DNA of 64,000 nucleotides from Bythopirellula sp. Its GTDB lineage: Bacteria; Planctomycetota; Planctomycetia; Pirellulales; Lacipirellulaceae. The translations under genes were made by a program, and so were the position numbers. The stretch spans positions 2,336,001 to 2,400,000 of the forward strand of contig OZ244170.1 in the NCBI GenBank assembly GCA_965216565.1, given 5' to 3'. The notes below the pieces were generated by a model. The model was not told the DNA's origin, did no database searches, and saw nothing but the letters and a program-made list of their open reading frames with translations. Within the stretch, counting starts at the first letter, position 1. Each line of letters begins with the position of its first letter. Below are positions 51,541-61,334 of the stretch, piece after piece.

Positions 51541-52131
51541 TCAGCGTCGTTTAGCAGGCTTGTCGGTTGCGTCTATCTCAGCACTGGTGCTGGCAAGCTC
51601 CTTCACGCCCTGAGCCGGTCGGATGAGTCTTGCCCAGGCAGACAATTCATCCAGTTCACGCTCGTCGCTCGACACAACCTGGACATTGAATCCTTTGCTG
51701 GTGAAGAAAATGAATTGACGGACAAAAAGTCGCGTTTCGTCATCTTTAGCAAATTCCATCTCAACCTGAAGCGGCTTAGTGAAATCTGTGTCCTTCAGGT
51801 TTGGGACTCGATTAGAGACTAGCTTGAATCCGGAGTTCTTTAAACCATTTGCAATTCCATTCACGTAGCCTTTGAGGCCGGCAACTCGCGATTCCTTTTT
51901 CGAGCGATCGTAAGACGTCTCGATCTGAACGATTACTTTGCTCACACCTTGATCGTCCGAAAGCTGAACGTGGTAGCCAACGATTTCGTCTTCCACCCGC
52001 AAAGCTTGCTTCGATACCGACATCCCTTCGGGCGGTTCCGGCATGCTTAGCAGCACTTCGTGGCCAGCCTCCGCTGCGAGTGGCATGACGAGTGGTAAGA
52101 CGAATACAGCGAACACGATGCGAATAGCCAT
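51541..52131 (-). CDS. Secreted hypothetical protein
   Basis: Signal peptide ending AEA. RBS GAGGAG. Confidence 0.7.
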   Translation of the reverse strand: MAIRIVFAVFVLPLVMPLAAEAGHEVLLSMPEPPEGMSVSKQALRVEDEIVGYHVQLSDDQGVSKVIVQIETSYDRSKKESRVAGLKGYVNGIANGLKNSGFKLVSNRVPNLKDTDFTKPLQVEMEFAKDDETRLFVRQFIFFTSKGFNVQVVSSDERELDELSAWARLIRPAQGVKELASTSAEIDATDKPAKRR

Positions 52132-52286
52132 ACTTGCTAGTTTCTCCTCACGAGCAATTAAGTTCGTATTACGTTTGAAGTTTGATTTTAAGTCAATTCT
52201 ATAATATCAAATGGGCATAAATCGTAACCGCATCGGGACGAATCGCCAATGCGGATGGCTTTGCTAGCAGAAATGCCCAGAGCATA

Positions 52287-52982
52287 TTAGAACTTTAGCT
52301 TCACCGCTTGGCACAGAAAGGCCATCCACGACTTTCCGGCACGGAAGTTGGACATGACCTCTTTTACTAGATCGGGACCAAACAGCACATCGTGATCGAG
52401 TTGATGGACAGCGATAAAATCTTTTCGCTTTAAATCTTCGATCATTGGATGCTCGGCATCGTATCCACGAGGGGGCCGCTTTAAACTGTCGCCCACTATC
52501 TGAAACCGATCGCGGAAGGCTTTGCCGCCTTTGGCTTTCTTCCAGAGATCAGGTTTCTTATCAATCATTTGACGAATCTTTCTTAATGCCCCCGAATCTG
52601 GGTGCCACATTCCGACTCCCAAGAACACCTCGTTGGGGTCGATGTGAAGATAGAACCCAGGTGCATGGACGTCGCGTCCTTTCTCATGACGAAATTGAAT
52701 TCCGACATTCGTCTTGTAAGGACGTTTATCTTTAGAAAACCGTACGTCTCGGTAAATTCGCATTAGCGAGCCGCCAACCGTTTTCGGCTCTGCTCGAAAA
52801 TGTGGCGAGAGCTTAGCCAGAGGCACTTGCATCGCCTCGATAAATGCCAATGCAGGAGTGCGGATCTCCTCTTCATAGCGAAACTTATTGGCCTGGAACC
52901 ATTTTCGATCATTGTTCTTTGACAACTCACTGAGAAAGTGCAACATGCTCAATGAGAATCCTGGAAATTTAGTCTTAAGCAC
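52287..52982 (-). CDS. DUF2461/TIGR02453 family protein
   Basis: FLSELSKNNDRKWF, RIYRDVRFSKDKRPYK and LKRPPRGY...HP motifs. GTG start after GGAGAGG. Confidence 0.9.
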   Translation of the reverse strand: MLKTKFPGFSLSMLHFLSELSKNNDRKWFQANKFRYEEEIRTPALAFIEAMQVPLAKLSPHFRAEPKTVGGSLMRIYRDVRFSKDKRPYKTNVGIQFRHEKGRDVHAPGFYLHIDPNEVFLGVGMWHPDSGALRKIRQMIDKKPDLWKKAKGGKAFRDRFQIVGDSLKRPPRGYDAEHPMIEDLKRKDFIAVHQLDHDVLFGPDLVKEVMSNFRAGKSWMAFLCQAVKLKF

Positions 52983-53207
52983 TCTACCTCTCCGCAAGGT
53001 TGTTGCTTCTCTTTTGTTCTCATACCCCTCCAGGCCAATCTGAACTTGGCAATTCGCAATCGCGCATTGGAGAACGGGACCGACTAATGCCGATATTCCG
53101 ATTGACACAATATCCTACCGCCGAGGGATCGGCCCTGCTAGTTTGCCCCACCGCTAGACCCGCCCATTCAGGCCCTACAGGCCGTAAACCTTCACAGGAT
53201 TCCAAGG

Positions 53208-54122
53208 ATGGAAGCCTTCCGAAATAGACTACTGTTCGTGCTGTCGCTCTGCGCTTTGGCCAGTGGTTGTGGACTGAACACGGCCGTCATCCAATCGGGT
53301 GGCAATGGTCGCAAAGGTGTGTTGCTCAACTATTCTTGCGGGGCACACCCCTGTGATCCCATCGATCCATCCAAGCCCACGATCGTTATCACACACGGGT
53401 GGAATCCTCTGCCCAAACGAATTCACACCACTTTCGGATGCGCAGGGGCAAACGCTCTGAAATGTCGCTGTGGCGATCGTTACAACCTACTTAGCTGGGA
53501 TTGGAATGCCGTGAAAGTTTCGCCGTTCAACGACGAACCCCTGCGCATTGGTAGATGCCAAGGGCGGATGTTGGCGGCGGCTTTGCGTTGCCGGGGGGTT
53601 CAGCCTTGCCGTACCCAAATTATCGCCCATAGCTTAGGAACCGTAGCCGCTTCTCAGGCAGCCGCATGCTTAAGCGATCTCGGCCCCATACGTCAGCTGA
53701 CGCTCCTCGATCCCCCTGAGCAATTTCACGATGAAATCTTCTGCTGCCTAGGAGCCACGAGGCATGCCTGTGTTGTGGAAAACTATTGGGCACCTGGCAT
53801 TAGCGGATATGGTGCCGAGGCGAATCAACGGGGCGTTCGAAATTACAAGGTGAAAGGCACCGCTCCGGTTCGCGGGATCGTCGATCTGAGCGTGTCGAAT
53901 CATGTGCATGTGATGCGTTGGTATTACGATACCATGCGATGCGGCTCGATCCCTTGCGGTTTTCAGAATAGTTGTTTTCCTTGCTGCAATTCTTGTCACA
54001 TTCTATCTGACAATGATCTAGGCACCGAAGAGAGCAACGAGAAACACCCCGAAGAGACTGTCGAATCCACCGGACAGGTCACATCAGCAGAAATTGAAGT
54101 GGCTTCACGCCCCCAGCACTAA
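53208..54122 (+). CDS. Cys-rich alpha/beta-hydrolase (lipase-like) lipoprotein
   Basis: Lipobox LASG-C, ITHGW oxyanion motif, AHSLG nucleophile elbow, LTLLDP and His in SNHV. Confidence 0.75.
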   Translation: MEAFRNRLLFVLSLCALASGCGLNTAVIQSGGNGRKGVLLNYSCGAHPCDPIDPSKPTIVITHGWNPLPKRIHTTFGCAGANALKCRCGDRYNLLSWDWNAVKVSPFNDEPLRIGRCQGRMLAAALRCRGVQPCRTQIIAHSLGTVAASQAAACLSDLGPIRQLTLLDPPEQFHDEIFCCLGATRHACVVENYWAPGISGYGAEANQRGVRNYKVKGTAPVRGIVDLSVSNHVHVMRWYYDTMRCGSIPCGFQNSCFPCCNSCHILSDNDLGTEESNEKHPEETVESTGQVTSAEIEVASRPQH

Positions 54123-54132
54123 GAACACCTCG

Positions 54133-55212
54133 TCAGAGATCAAACTCTTCCAGGGCGTCGATCAAGTCGTCCAGTTCATCCTTGGCTGAGGCAGTGGGTG
54201 GTTCAGACTCATGGCGTCTGGGAACACCAATACCCACACCAAGCGGTTCGCGCCCGACTTTCATCAACTGCTCGTCCCGTTCGCGGGCTGCCACCTCCAG
54301 GGCCTTCTCGGCACCGGGCTCCCCCGGATCAGGAGCTCCAAATAACAGAGACAGATCGATCTTCATGTTGCCGCCAACTTCGTTGCTGCCGGCAATGGTG
54401 GGACTCTTATGTTGTGGGAAGATGATCGCATTCTCGGGACACACGCGGCTACACGCAGGGCACCCTTGCCGACAATTGTCGGGCTGCTCAACAAGAATCG
54501 TCTCTTGCCCATCGATGCCATAAACGCCAAATAAACAGAAGTCGATACACTCTAAGCAGTTGGTGCACCGACTAAAATCAATCACCGGATACCAGCGTCG
54601 TGCCACATTGCCCTCTACCGGCTCCGACGATGCAGGCTGCTTGCCACCATTCACACCAGAGTCGTCCGCATTCAGGTAGCGCTCCATCTGCTCGGGTTTT
54701 GGATCGCCTTGGATCCAGCTCCCTAGTTCTACCGTCGGCGTGCTGAGTTCCTGGGAAATTCGCTCAACCTCATCCAAGTACTGCGTGGCAGTTTCGTGAG
54801 CGCGGAGGTCGAGGCAATAGATGCGCCGCGCTGGCAACTCGAGTTGGTCGATCACGCGTGGCTTGGACTCTAAATCGTCTGCTTCCTCGGCGGCCTCTTC
54901 TTCGTCGCCATCTTCACCAAGCGATTTCAAAAGCGAGACGCCTTCGCGACCGCGCACTCCGTTGCGGTCCAAAATCCATCGCGCCGCCCGGGGGTAGAGC
55001 CAGCTACACACCACCACGTCGCCAGCCAGTCCCGTCAGGCAAAGCATCCCGGTGCCATCCGCCTTCAAATCGTAGAGGTGGGGCACCACGGTAACATCGA
55101 TGCCGGGCCTGCCAAGCAGCTCGCCGACGATAGACTCTTCGAGCATCCGTTTCTTCGGATTTTGGCTGCGGCTCTGAGAAACAACAACGGTAAGGCGATG
55201 GGGCATGTTCAA
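54133..55212 (-). CDS. 4Fe-4S dicluster ferredoxin-domain protein with large N-terminal domain
   Basis: CTNCLECIDFC and CRQGCPACSRVCP motifs. Confidence 0.85.
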   Translation of the reverse strand: MNMPHRLTVVVSQSRSQNPKKRMLEESIVGELLGRPGIDVTVVPHLYDLKADGTGMLCLTGLAGDVVVCSWLYPRAARWILDRNGVRGREGVSLLKSLGEDGDEEEAAEEADDLESKPRVIDQLELPARRIYCLDLRAHETATQYLDEVERISQELSTPTVELGSWIQGDPKPEQMERYLNADDSGVNGGKQPASSEPVEGNVARRWYPVIDFSRCTNCLECIDFCLFGVYGIDGQETILVEQPDNCRQGCPACSRVCPENAIIFPQHKSPTIAGSNEVGGNMKIDLSLLFGAPDPGEPGAEKALEVAARERDEQLMKVGREPLGVGIGVPRRHESEPPTASAKDELDDLIDALEEFDL

Positions 55213-55361
55213 AGGTCAGCAAACGTAGCCGGGCAATTCTTGAAGACCCCCTGATTGTAGCCGATCGCAGGCAAGGGACAATGTGTGGCCGTTTTCGCAC
55301 AGACTTTACGGCAACAGAAAGTTTTTCCGACGTTAGTTTGTCAGGGGGTCGTCGAACCCAC

Positions 55362-55820
55362 TCACTTGTTCAATTGCCCTTTGATCGTCTGCTGAGTTAC
55401 TTCCCACACGGCTGCCAGATGCACCAGATATTCTTTGGGACTTAAAAGTTCGTGGCTCGCGACCCGTAGCTCAAACAGCCAGCCATTGCCGTACTTGTCG
55501 ACGTTGATGGCCGAAGGATCTTGCAACAAACTGTCGTTGATGGCCACCAGCTCACCGCCACAGGGTGCGTAGAGCGAGGCTTCTGCCTTCTGGCTTTCGA
55601 TCTGCCCGATCTCTTGCTTTTCAACCAGCATCGTGCCGGGCGGATGATCCCAATCGAGGAAGTACACATCTTGCAGCAAACGGACCGCGTAGGCGGCAAA
55701 GCCAAACTGGAATCGATCCTGGCCAGCCTCCTTGGCCCACATATGATTTCGCGCGTAAAGTCGATCCGACGGAAACTCCGCCTGATACTCGCCCATCATA
55801 AAGTGCAACTCGTCTACCAT
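55362..55820 (-). CDS. Glycine-cleavage H-like lipoyl-carrier protein (orphan)
   Basis: YARNHMW, IESQKAEASLYAP (lipoyl Lys retained) and DPSAINVDKYGNGWL motifs. Confidence 0.82.
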   Translation of the reverse strand: MVDELHFMMGEYQAEFPSDRLYARNHMWAKEAGQDRFQFGFAAYAVRLLQDVYFLDWDHPPGTMLVEKQEIGQIESQKAEASLYAPCGGELVAINDSLLQDPSAINVDKYGNGWLFELRVASHELLSPKEYLVHLAAVWEVTQQTIKGQLNK

Positions 55821-55848
55821 TTCTATCAAACGCTAACTTTCACTTTGT

Positions 55849-55980
55849 TAGCCACAGAGTGCACAGAGGAGTTCTTGTACCTAGGCAACAATAGCAGTTT
55901 TATTGGTCGCCGATTCAAATGGTTTATTGCTTAATATGCTGAGCGATTGATCTCTGTGCTCTCTGTGTTCTCTGTGGCTA
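55849..55980. repeat. CACAGAG-type imperfect inverted repeat (MITE/REP-like)
   Basis: TAGCCACAGAGTGCACAGAG ... CTCTGTGCTCTCTGTGTTCTCTGTGGCTA flanking an AT-rich spacer. Confidence 0.75.
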
Positions 55981-55996
55981 GTTCCTTAAACTGTCC

Positions 55997-57304
55997 CTAC
56001 GTGTAGCGGACATCCTGGTGTTGCGGTTCAAAGAATGCGGGCAGTAAGGCATCGGCCCGCAACAGGCCCTCGCGAGTTAGCCGAATGTGATCCCCGTCGA
56101 TCTCTGCCCAACCTTGGTCGGCATAGTCCTGCCAAACGTCGGCCCACTTCTCTAACACATTCTGCCCAAACTTCTGCTGGAAGTAATTCGTATCCAGATA
56201 ACCCCGCTTCAAAAGCAGAATCATTTCCCGAATCAACTGTTGCTCCGGAGTCGTCTCCAGCGCTCGACTCAACGGCAGCTGCTCTTCTTCCAGCGAATGA
56301 CAGTAAGCCTCCCACTCCGGAAGGTTTTGGTAGTGGACCCCAGAAACATGGCCAAAACTGGCAATCCCTGTCGCCAGCAGATCGCTCCCTTGCCACAGAT
56401 TATCGCGGTAGCTGAAGATCACGCGCGTCGGATCTTTCACAAGTGTATACGCGCTAGAAATGGAGTATCCCGCATCGACAAAGCGATCGAATGCGTAATC
56501 GACCCACCGCCGCTTAGTCGGCCAGTCGGCCACGGGCGTTTCTATCTTGTTGCCTAAAATGTCCTGCGAGTAAACCGTGTTGAATGGCAGCTCCATTTGA
56601 TAAATCGTGACGCTGTCGGGCTCCATGGCCAGCGCCTGCTCGACGGCGTCCTGCCATTTGTCGTCGGTATCACCCACCATGCCCGCAATCAGATCGATGT
56701 TGACGTTGTAAAACCCAGCCGCTTGGATCCAGGGCCAAGCACGCTCGATCTCTGCCGACTCGTGGGCTCGACCATTGTTTCTAAGAATCTCGTCGTCGAA
56801 GTGCTCTACCCCCAGGCTCAGCCGCGTGACGCCCAATTCGCGGAGCGTATGGACTTTGGCCTCGCTCAACGTGCCCGGTTCGCACTCGAACGTCACTTCT
56901 TCTGCCTGATCCCAATTGATGTTGGCCTGCAGTCGTTCGACCAATCGCTTCAATTGCCGGGAACTTAAAAACGACGGCGTGCCCCCACCGAAGTACACAA
57001 ACCGAAAGGGCCGATCCCCCATCACCGGCAGCGCACTCACCAGTTCGATCTCTTTGGAAAGGGCTGCCAGATAGCGCTCTACCTCTTGCGAGTTCTTATC
57101 GGTGAACACTTTGAAGTAGCAGAACTTGCAGCGTTTGCGACAGAAGGGAATATGCAAGTACAAACCCAGAGGAACCTTTGCCGGCTGCGAAGCAAAGGCC
57201 TGTCGCACCGCTGGGAGATTCTCCTCCGACCATTGCGAGAAGGGCGGATAGTTACTGATAAAGTAACTTCCAACTTCCGTCTTTTTCGAATCTGTGGCCA
57301 TCAA
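55997..57304 (-). CDS. HemN-like (class C) radical SAM enzyme
   Basis: LYLHIPFCRKRCKFC, YFGGGTPS, RLSLGV, NIDLIAG, and a HemN_C-like tail (LTREG). Confidence 0.88.
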   Translation of the reverse strand: MMATDSKKTEVGSYFISNYPPFSQWSEENLPAVRQAFASQPAKVPLGLYLHIPFCRKRCKFCYFKVFTDKNSQEVERYLAALSKEIELVSALPVMGDRPFRFVYFGGGTPSFLSSRQLKRLVERLQANINWDQAEEVTFECEPGTLSEAKVHTLRELGVTRLSLGVEHFDDEILRNNGRAHESAEIERAWPWIQAAGFYNVNIDLIAGMVGDTDDKWQDAVEQALAMEPDSVTIYQMELPFNTVYSQDILGNKIETPVADWPTKRRWVDYAFDRFVDAGYSISSAYTLVKDPTRVIFSYRDNLWQGSDLLATGIASFGHVSGVHYQNLPEWEAYCHSLEEEQLPLSRALETTPEQQLIREMILLLKRGYLDTNYFQQKFGQNVLEKWADVWQDYADQGWAEIDGDHIRLTREGLLRADALLPAFFEPQHQDVRYT

Positions 57305-57328
57305 ACAGGTGCTTTCGCTCGATTCACG

Positions 57329-58474
57329 TCAATCTCTCTCGCTGCTCTCTTCGCGCGGCCCAAAGCAATACAACGTTCCATCGCTATTGGCGATCACAAG
57401 TTTTCCGTCGCTCACCGCTGGAGAAGCGAGAAAGTTCCCTCCAGCCTCATACTCCCAGTTTTGCTTGCCTGTTGCCAGTTCCAGCGAAATCAATCGGCCT
57501 CGCTTCGTGCCGAACAGTACGGAATTCCCCACGATGATCGGAGCACTCTCCACGGGCATCCGGACCGACGTGTCCCATTCTAGCTTGCCTGAGTCGGGAT
57601 TGAGAGCGTAGATTTTCTTTCCTTTGGAGGTGTAAACCACCGTTGCGTCGCTCGTGGCAGCGGAGTACGACTCCTGTTGCGAGTCGTCTTCGTAGGTCCA
57701 GGTGACCTCTAAATCGTCGATGCGATAGAATGTTCCTCCGAAGGTCCCAAAAAACATGCCTTCCTGCCATCGCGCGGGAGTCGAACCGGTTTGTCCTGCC
57801 AATTCGAAACTTTGAGTCTCCTGCCCCGTCTGCAAATCGACCGAGTGCAGTCGGCTATCGCAACCGGCGAGAAACACATTGCCGGCAACGATCGTGGGCC
57901 AGCAACGTAGCGGAGCCTCGATTTCGAACTTCCACTGCAGTTTGCCGGTGTCGGCAGCGAGGCAAATCAATTCGCCTGCCTCAGTGGTCACCAACACTCG
58001 GCCTTCATGCACATTGGGCCCGGCATACATCTCGCCGCGGGCCTCGTACTGCCAAAGCAACTTTCCTGAATCCGCCGCCAATGAGCGGAGCATGCCATTG
58101 AAATCGCCGACGAACACCTTGCCATCCACCACCGCGGCTGCCGAAATAAAGCCACTGTCTGCGAACTCTTTCTTCCACAGCAACTTTCCATCCGCGATTT
58201 TGACAGCGTAGAAAGTGCCATCCACGTCTCCTAGGTAGGCAATCCCCTTGGCAATGACGGGGGTCACCTCGAATCCACTTTCTTCGATCTCAAAACGCCA
58301 CAATTCTTTTGGCTCTTGCGAGAATTGGCCAGCGGCAGTGCCAGTCGCGGCTCGATCGCCCCGTTCGAACGGCCAATCGCCTGCTGCCGAGTAAGCTCCC
58401 AGCACAAATAGCGCGATTCCAAATAGGCTGAACAGCCGGAGCGCATCGAAAGCTGCCCAGTCACTGCGCTGCAT
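57329..58474 (-). CDS. Exported PQQ-like/BamB-type beta-propeller protein
   Basis: Signal peptide, DWPFERGD, and repeated A(L)DxxxGKLxW blades. Start may be upstream (the ORF opens at 58591). Confidence 0.85.
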   Translation of the reverse strand: MQRSDWAAFDALRLFSLFGIALFVLGAYSAAGDWPFERGDRAATGTAAGQFSQEPKELWRFEIEESGFEVTPVIAKGIAYLGDVDGTFYAVKIADGKLLWKKEFADSGFISAAAVVDGKVFVGDFNGMLRSLAADSGKLLWQYEARGEMYAGPNVHEGRVLVTTEAGELICLAADTGKLQWKFEIEAPLRCWPTIVAGNVFLAGCDSRLHSVDLQTGQETQSFELAGQTGSTPARWQEGMFFGTFGGTFYRIDDLEVTWTYEDDSQQESYSAATSDATVVYTSKGKKIYALNPDSGKLEWDTSVRMPVESAPIIVGNSVLFGTKRGRLISLELATGKQNWEYEAGGNFLASPAVSDGKLVIANSDGTLYCFGPREESSERD

Positions 58475-58480
58475 GAGAAA

Positions 58481-58556
58481 TGGACCGTCCGCGCTAGCCA
58501 CGGGTGCCTCGCCCAGGCTTACACTATCGGCAACTGACGCTCGTGCGTTCGGATTC
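58481..58556. repeat. Degenerate GCGCTAGC-family REP doublet
   Basis: TGGACCGTCCGCGCTAGCCACGGGTGC ... GCAACTGACGCTCGTGCGTTCGGATTC aligns with the repeat at 62761-62839. Confidence 0.55.
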
Positions 58557-58574
58557 TCGATTTGAGTATCTACT

Positions 58575-59723
58575 CTAGTAAGCTTTTTCATATAGACCGA
58601 GCAAGTCGTCGACGTCGACGGCGATTGGATTGAACGTGGCGGTCCACTGCTTGGCAGCTTCTTCCGCGAGTGTCGCTAAGCTCTCTTTCGGCACTTCCTT
58701 CTCTTGCAGTGTACCGGGCAGCCCCGCCTGCGTGGCGATCGAGGCAAGAAAATCGGCAAGCTCTTCACTGCCACCGGAGGGACAATCCGCAAACTCGGCT
58801 GTCACCGCAAGCAGTTCTTCGTACCATGCTTCGCACTCTTTTGCGTTGAATCGCACCACCTGCGGCAACATCAGCGCAATGGCCTCTCCATGGGCAATGC
58901 CGAAGTTGGCCGTTAAGGGATTCGCAAGGGCATGGGCAGCACCTAGCATGGAGTTTTCGATCGCCACGCCCGCGCAACAGGCTCCCAACTGCATATGCGA
59001 TCGCGCTTCGATATCGTCCGGCGTTTGCAACACCTTGAGATAGTTGGGTGCAAGTTCCAGCCACGCCTCCTGACTAAAATGGCAAGAAATTTCCGTTCGC
59101 TTGGTGGTCACAAATGTTTCGACCGCATGGGAAATGGCATCGAAGCCCGAGAGGGCGGCCACACGCGGAGGCTGCGTAAGCGTCAACTCTGGATCGAGTA
59201 CCGCAATGCGAAAGGCGGCGCGTTTATCGCCACAGGCCATTTTCACGTGCGTCTCAGCGTCGGAGATCAGCGCGAACGATTGAGTCTCGCTGCCCGTGCC
59301 CGCGGTGGTGGGTACCGCAATCATGGGGAGCAACGGGCCCGTGGCCTTTCCTACACCCCAATAGTCCTGCATCCGCCCGCCACAGGAATAGAGAAAGTTA
59401 ATCCCCTTGGCACAATCCATCGAGCTTCCACCGCCAAGCCCAATAATCAGTTCCGGCTGAAACCCTTTTGCCTGTTTGAGTCCCGACTCAACGTGGTCGG
59501 TTGTAGGATTTTCCTCGACGCCACCAAAGAGCGCCGTTTCGAGACCTGCCTTCTGCAACGAGGTCAGACCCCGTTCGGTATGACCAGCCGAGATCACCCC
59601 CTGATCGCTGACAACCAGCACCCGCCGCGCTTCCAAATCCTGTGCAAAACTGCCCAGCTCATCAAGGCGGCCGACACCAAATTCGATCCTGGTCGGCGAA
59701 GCGTACTGGTCGATTTGGGCCAT
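58575..59723 (-). CDS. Iron-containing alcohol dehydrogenase
   Basis: NP, GGGSSMD, PTTAGTGSE, DAISHAVE, AHALA and HGEA motifs. Confidence 0.93.
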   Translation of the reverse strand: MAQIDQYASPTRIEFGVGRLDELGSFAQDLEARRVLVVSDQGVISAGHTERGLTSLQKAGLETALFGGVEENPTTDHVESGLKQAKGFQPELIIGLGGGSSMDCAKGINFLYSCGGRMQDYWGVGKATGPLLPMIAVPTTAGTGSETQSFALISDAETHVKMACGDKRAAFRIAVLDPELTLTQPPRVAALSGFDAISHAVETFVTTKRTEISCHFSQEAWLELAPNYLKVLQTPDDIEARSHMQLGACCAGVAIENSMLGAAHALANPLTANFGIAHGEAIALMLPQVVRFNAKECEAWYEELLAVTAEFADCPSGGSEELADFLASIATQAGLPGTLQEKEVPKESLATLAEEAAKQWTATFNPIAVDVDDLLGLYEKAY

Positions 59724-59845
59724 GGCGGTCGCAGATTCAGAGGTGCGGTCGGGGGGAGTGGAATTATTGAAGCTTCGAAAGATTTGGCAAGTTTAAATCA
59801 AATACTTGTTACATCTAGCCAAATGACTCAGTGCAATCACAATGA

Positions 59846-61270
59846 CTACTCACTATGCACCTGCAAGGCACGATTGCGATACAACAACTCGGTGAGATTG
59901 CCTTCGTGGGGTTGTAGCCAATTGAGTTGCGGAGTGGGAATCGGCCCTAGGTTGAGCCGGTCGATATGGGTGGTAGCAATCAATTGTCGGCGAAACGCTT
60001 CGTCGTCTGTAATCGCCGATGCGACTAGGGTGGGTCCAATTGAATCGAGCATCTTCGATTGCTCGCATTGCACAACGCTTACTAGCGGAAACATGTACTC
60101 TTTGTTGGCGGCCGCGCACTCGGGAGATTCGCAGTGCAACACAGTGGGACGTAAATAAGCGCAAGTTTCTCGCCTGTCTAATCGCGAACCATACTCAGCC
60201 GTGGCATGAGTTGTGCCGCTATCTTCGGCGTCGCGCTCGACCATCTTCCAAATCGCCTCAGCAACATCTGCATTGGTAAACGCCGCGAGCCCCGCTTCGG
60301 GATCCTCAGGCGGCAACGCGGTAACAGGTCCCAATCGCTCGGCAAGCGCCGCGGCAATCTCCTGTGTGTGACGCGATGCATAAATGCTGGAGCAGTTAAT
60401 ACAACTCCGCCCACCATTGCGGTAGACGCTATCGACCATCAAATCGAGATGCTGTTCCCACTCGTCGACTTTGTCGTCGCCCAACAAGATCTTGCTGAAA
60501 CCTGGACCATGCACCTGCACGCCAGGATTCCCGGCGTATTGTTGAATCGTCTGCTCCCCTCCAAAAATCATGCTCCGCCGATAACTCGCCAACAGGGCAC
60601 CTCCGACGTCCGCCCCACTACCTGGGTAAATGGAAATTGCAGCAGCGGGAATGCCGGCCTCAGTCATCGCGGCCGCCACGCGGAAGGGTGTCCAAGGTTC
60701 TTGCGAACCGGGCTTGAGCGCCAACCCAATTTGCAAAGCCACCACTGGCAGCCATAACGTATGCACGCCGGGAGAGTTTGACGGCAACACGGCACCCAGC
60801 ACGTCGGTCTGGGCCTGATAGCTCACCGTCACGTTGCGACCCTCTTCGCCATAGCCGCGGGCAAGAATGTTCAGATCAAGACCGCGCGTCAGGGCATCGA
60901 GAATTTTATCGATGTTCTTCAGCACAAACGCGTTCTTTGCCACGTTGGCCTCGCACATGGAATGCGGCATGCCTGTGGTGGCCGACTGCTGTTTGACAAA
61001 GTCGGCGGGCGACTGCGTGGAATCACCAATCTTGAGATTCCCCGACTCGAATAACTCGCCTGCTTGCTTACAACAGGCAATCAGCTCCGCAGGATTCATC
61101 TGTTGCAACGATTCACGTGCCTTGGCGGCATGTCGAGAATCACGCCGTACGATTCCCGCACCTGTGAGTCCGACGCGAGCAACAACCTCTCCCGTGAGGA
61201 AATCTATAATCTCCTCAGATTCCAAAGATTCGTAGGGCTCACCCCAACGAAGCGGAGAAAGATTCACCAT
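59846..61270 (-). CDS. ALDH-fold acyl reductase (GriD/EhpG-like)
   Basis: LPSNSP, LKPG and catalytic NGGRSCINCS. HGPGFSK replaces the ELGG general-base motif. Confidence 0.75.
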   Translation of the reverse strand: MVNLSPLRWGEPYESLESEEIIDFLTGEVVARVGLTGAGIVRRDSRHAAKARESLQQMNPAELIACCKQAGELFESGNLKIGDSTQSPADFVKQQSATTGMPHSMCEANVAKNAFVLKNIDKILDALTRGLDLNILARGYGEEGRNVTVSYQAQTDVLGAVLPSNSPGVHTLWLPVVALQIGLALKPGSQEPWTPFRVAAAMTEAGIPAAAISIYPGSGADVGGALLASYRRSMIFGGEQTIQQYAGNPGVQVHGPGFSKILLGDDKVDEWEQHLDLMVDSVYRNGGRSCINCSSIYASRHTQEIAAALAERLGPVTALPPEDPEAGLAAFTNADVAEAIWKMVERDAEDSGTTHATAEYGSRLDRRETCAYLRPTVLHCESPECAAANKEYMFPLVSVVQCEQSKMLDSIGPTLVASAITDDEAFRRQLIATTHIDRLNLGPIPTPQLNWLQPHEGNLTELLYRNRALQVHSE

Positions 61271-61334
61271 ATTTAGTACCAGTGTGAGAAACCTTGTGCC
61301 CTAAAGCTGCGCCGTCAGAAGAAGTCGCGGGCGA

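Noticed and set aside
55997..57304. Gene symbol hemN or hemW
   Set aside because: Diagnostic motifs are missing and there is no heme context.
58995..60158. 387-aa plus-strand ORF
   Set aside because: Antisense to the well-supported Fe-ADH and ALDH-fold genes.
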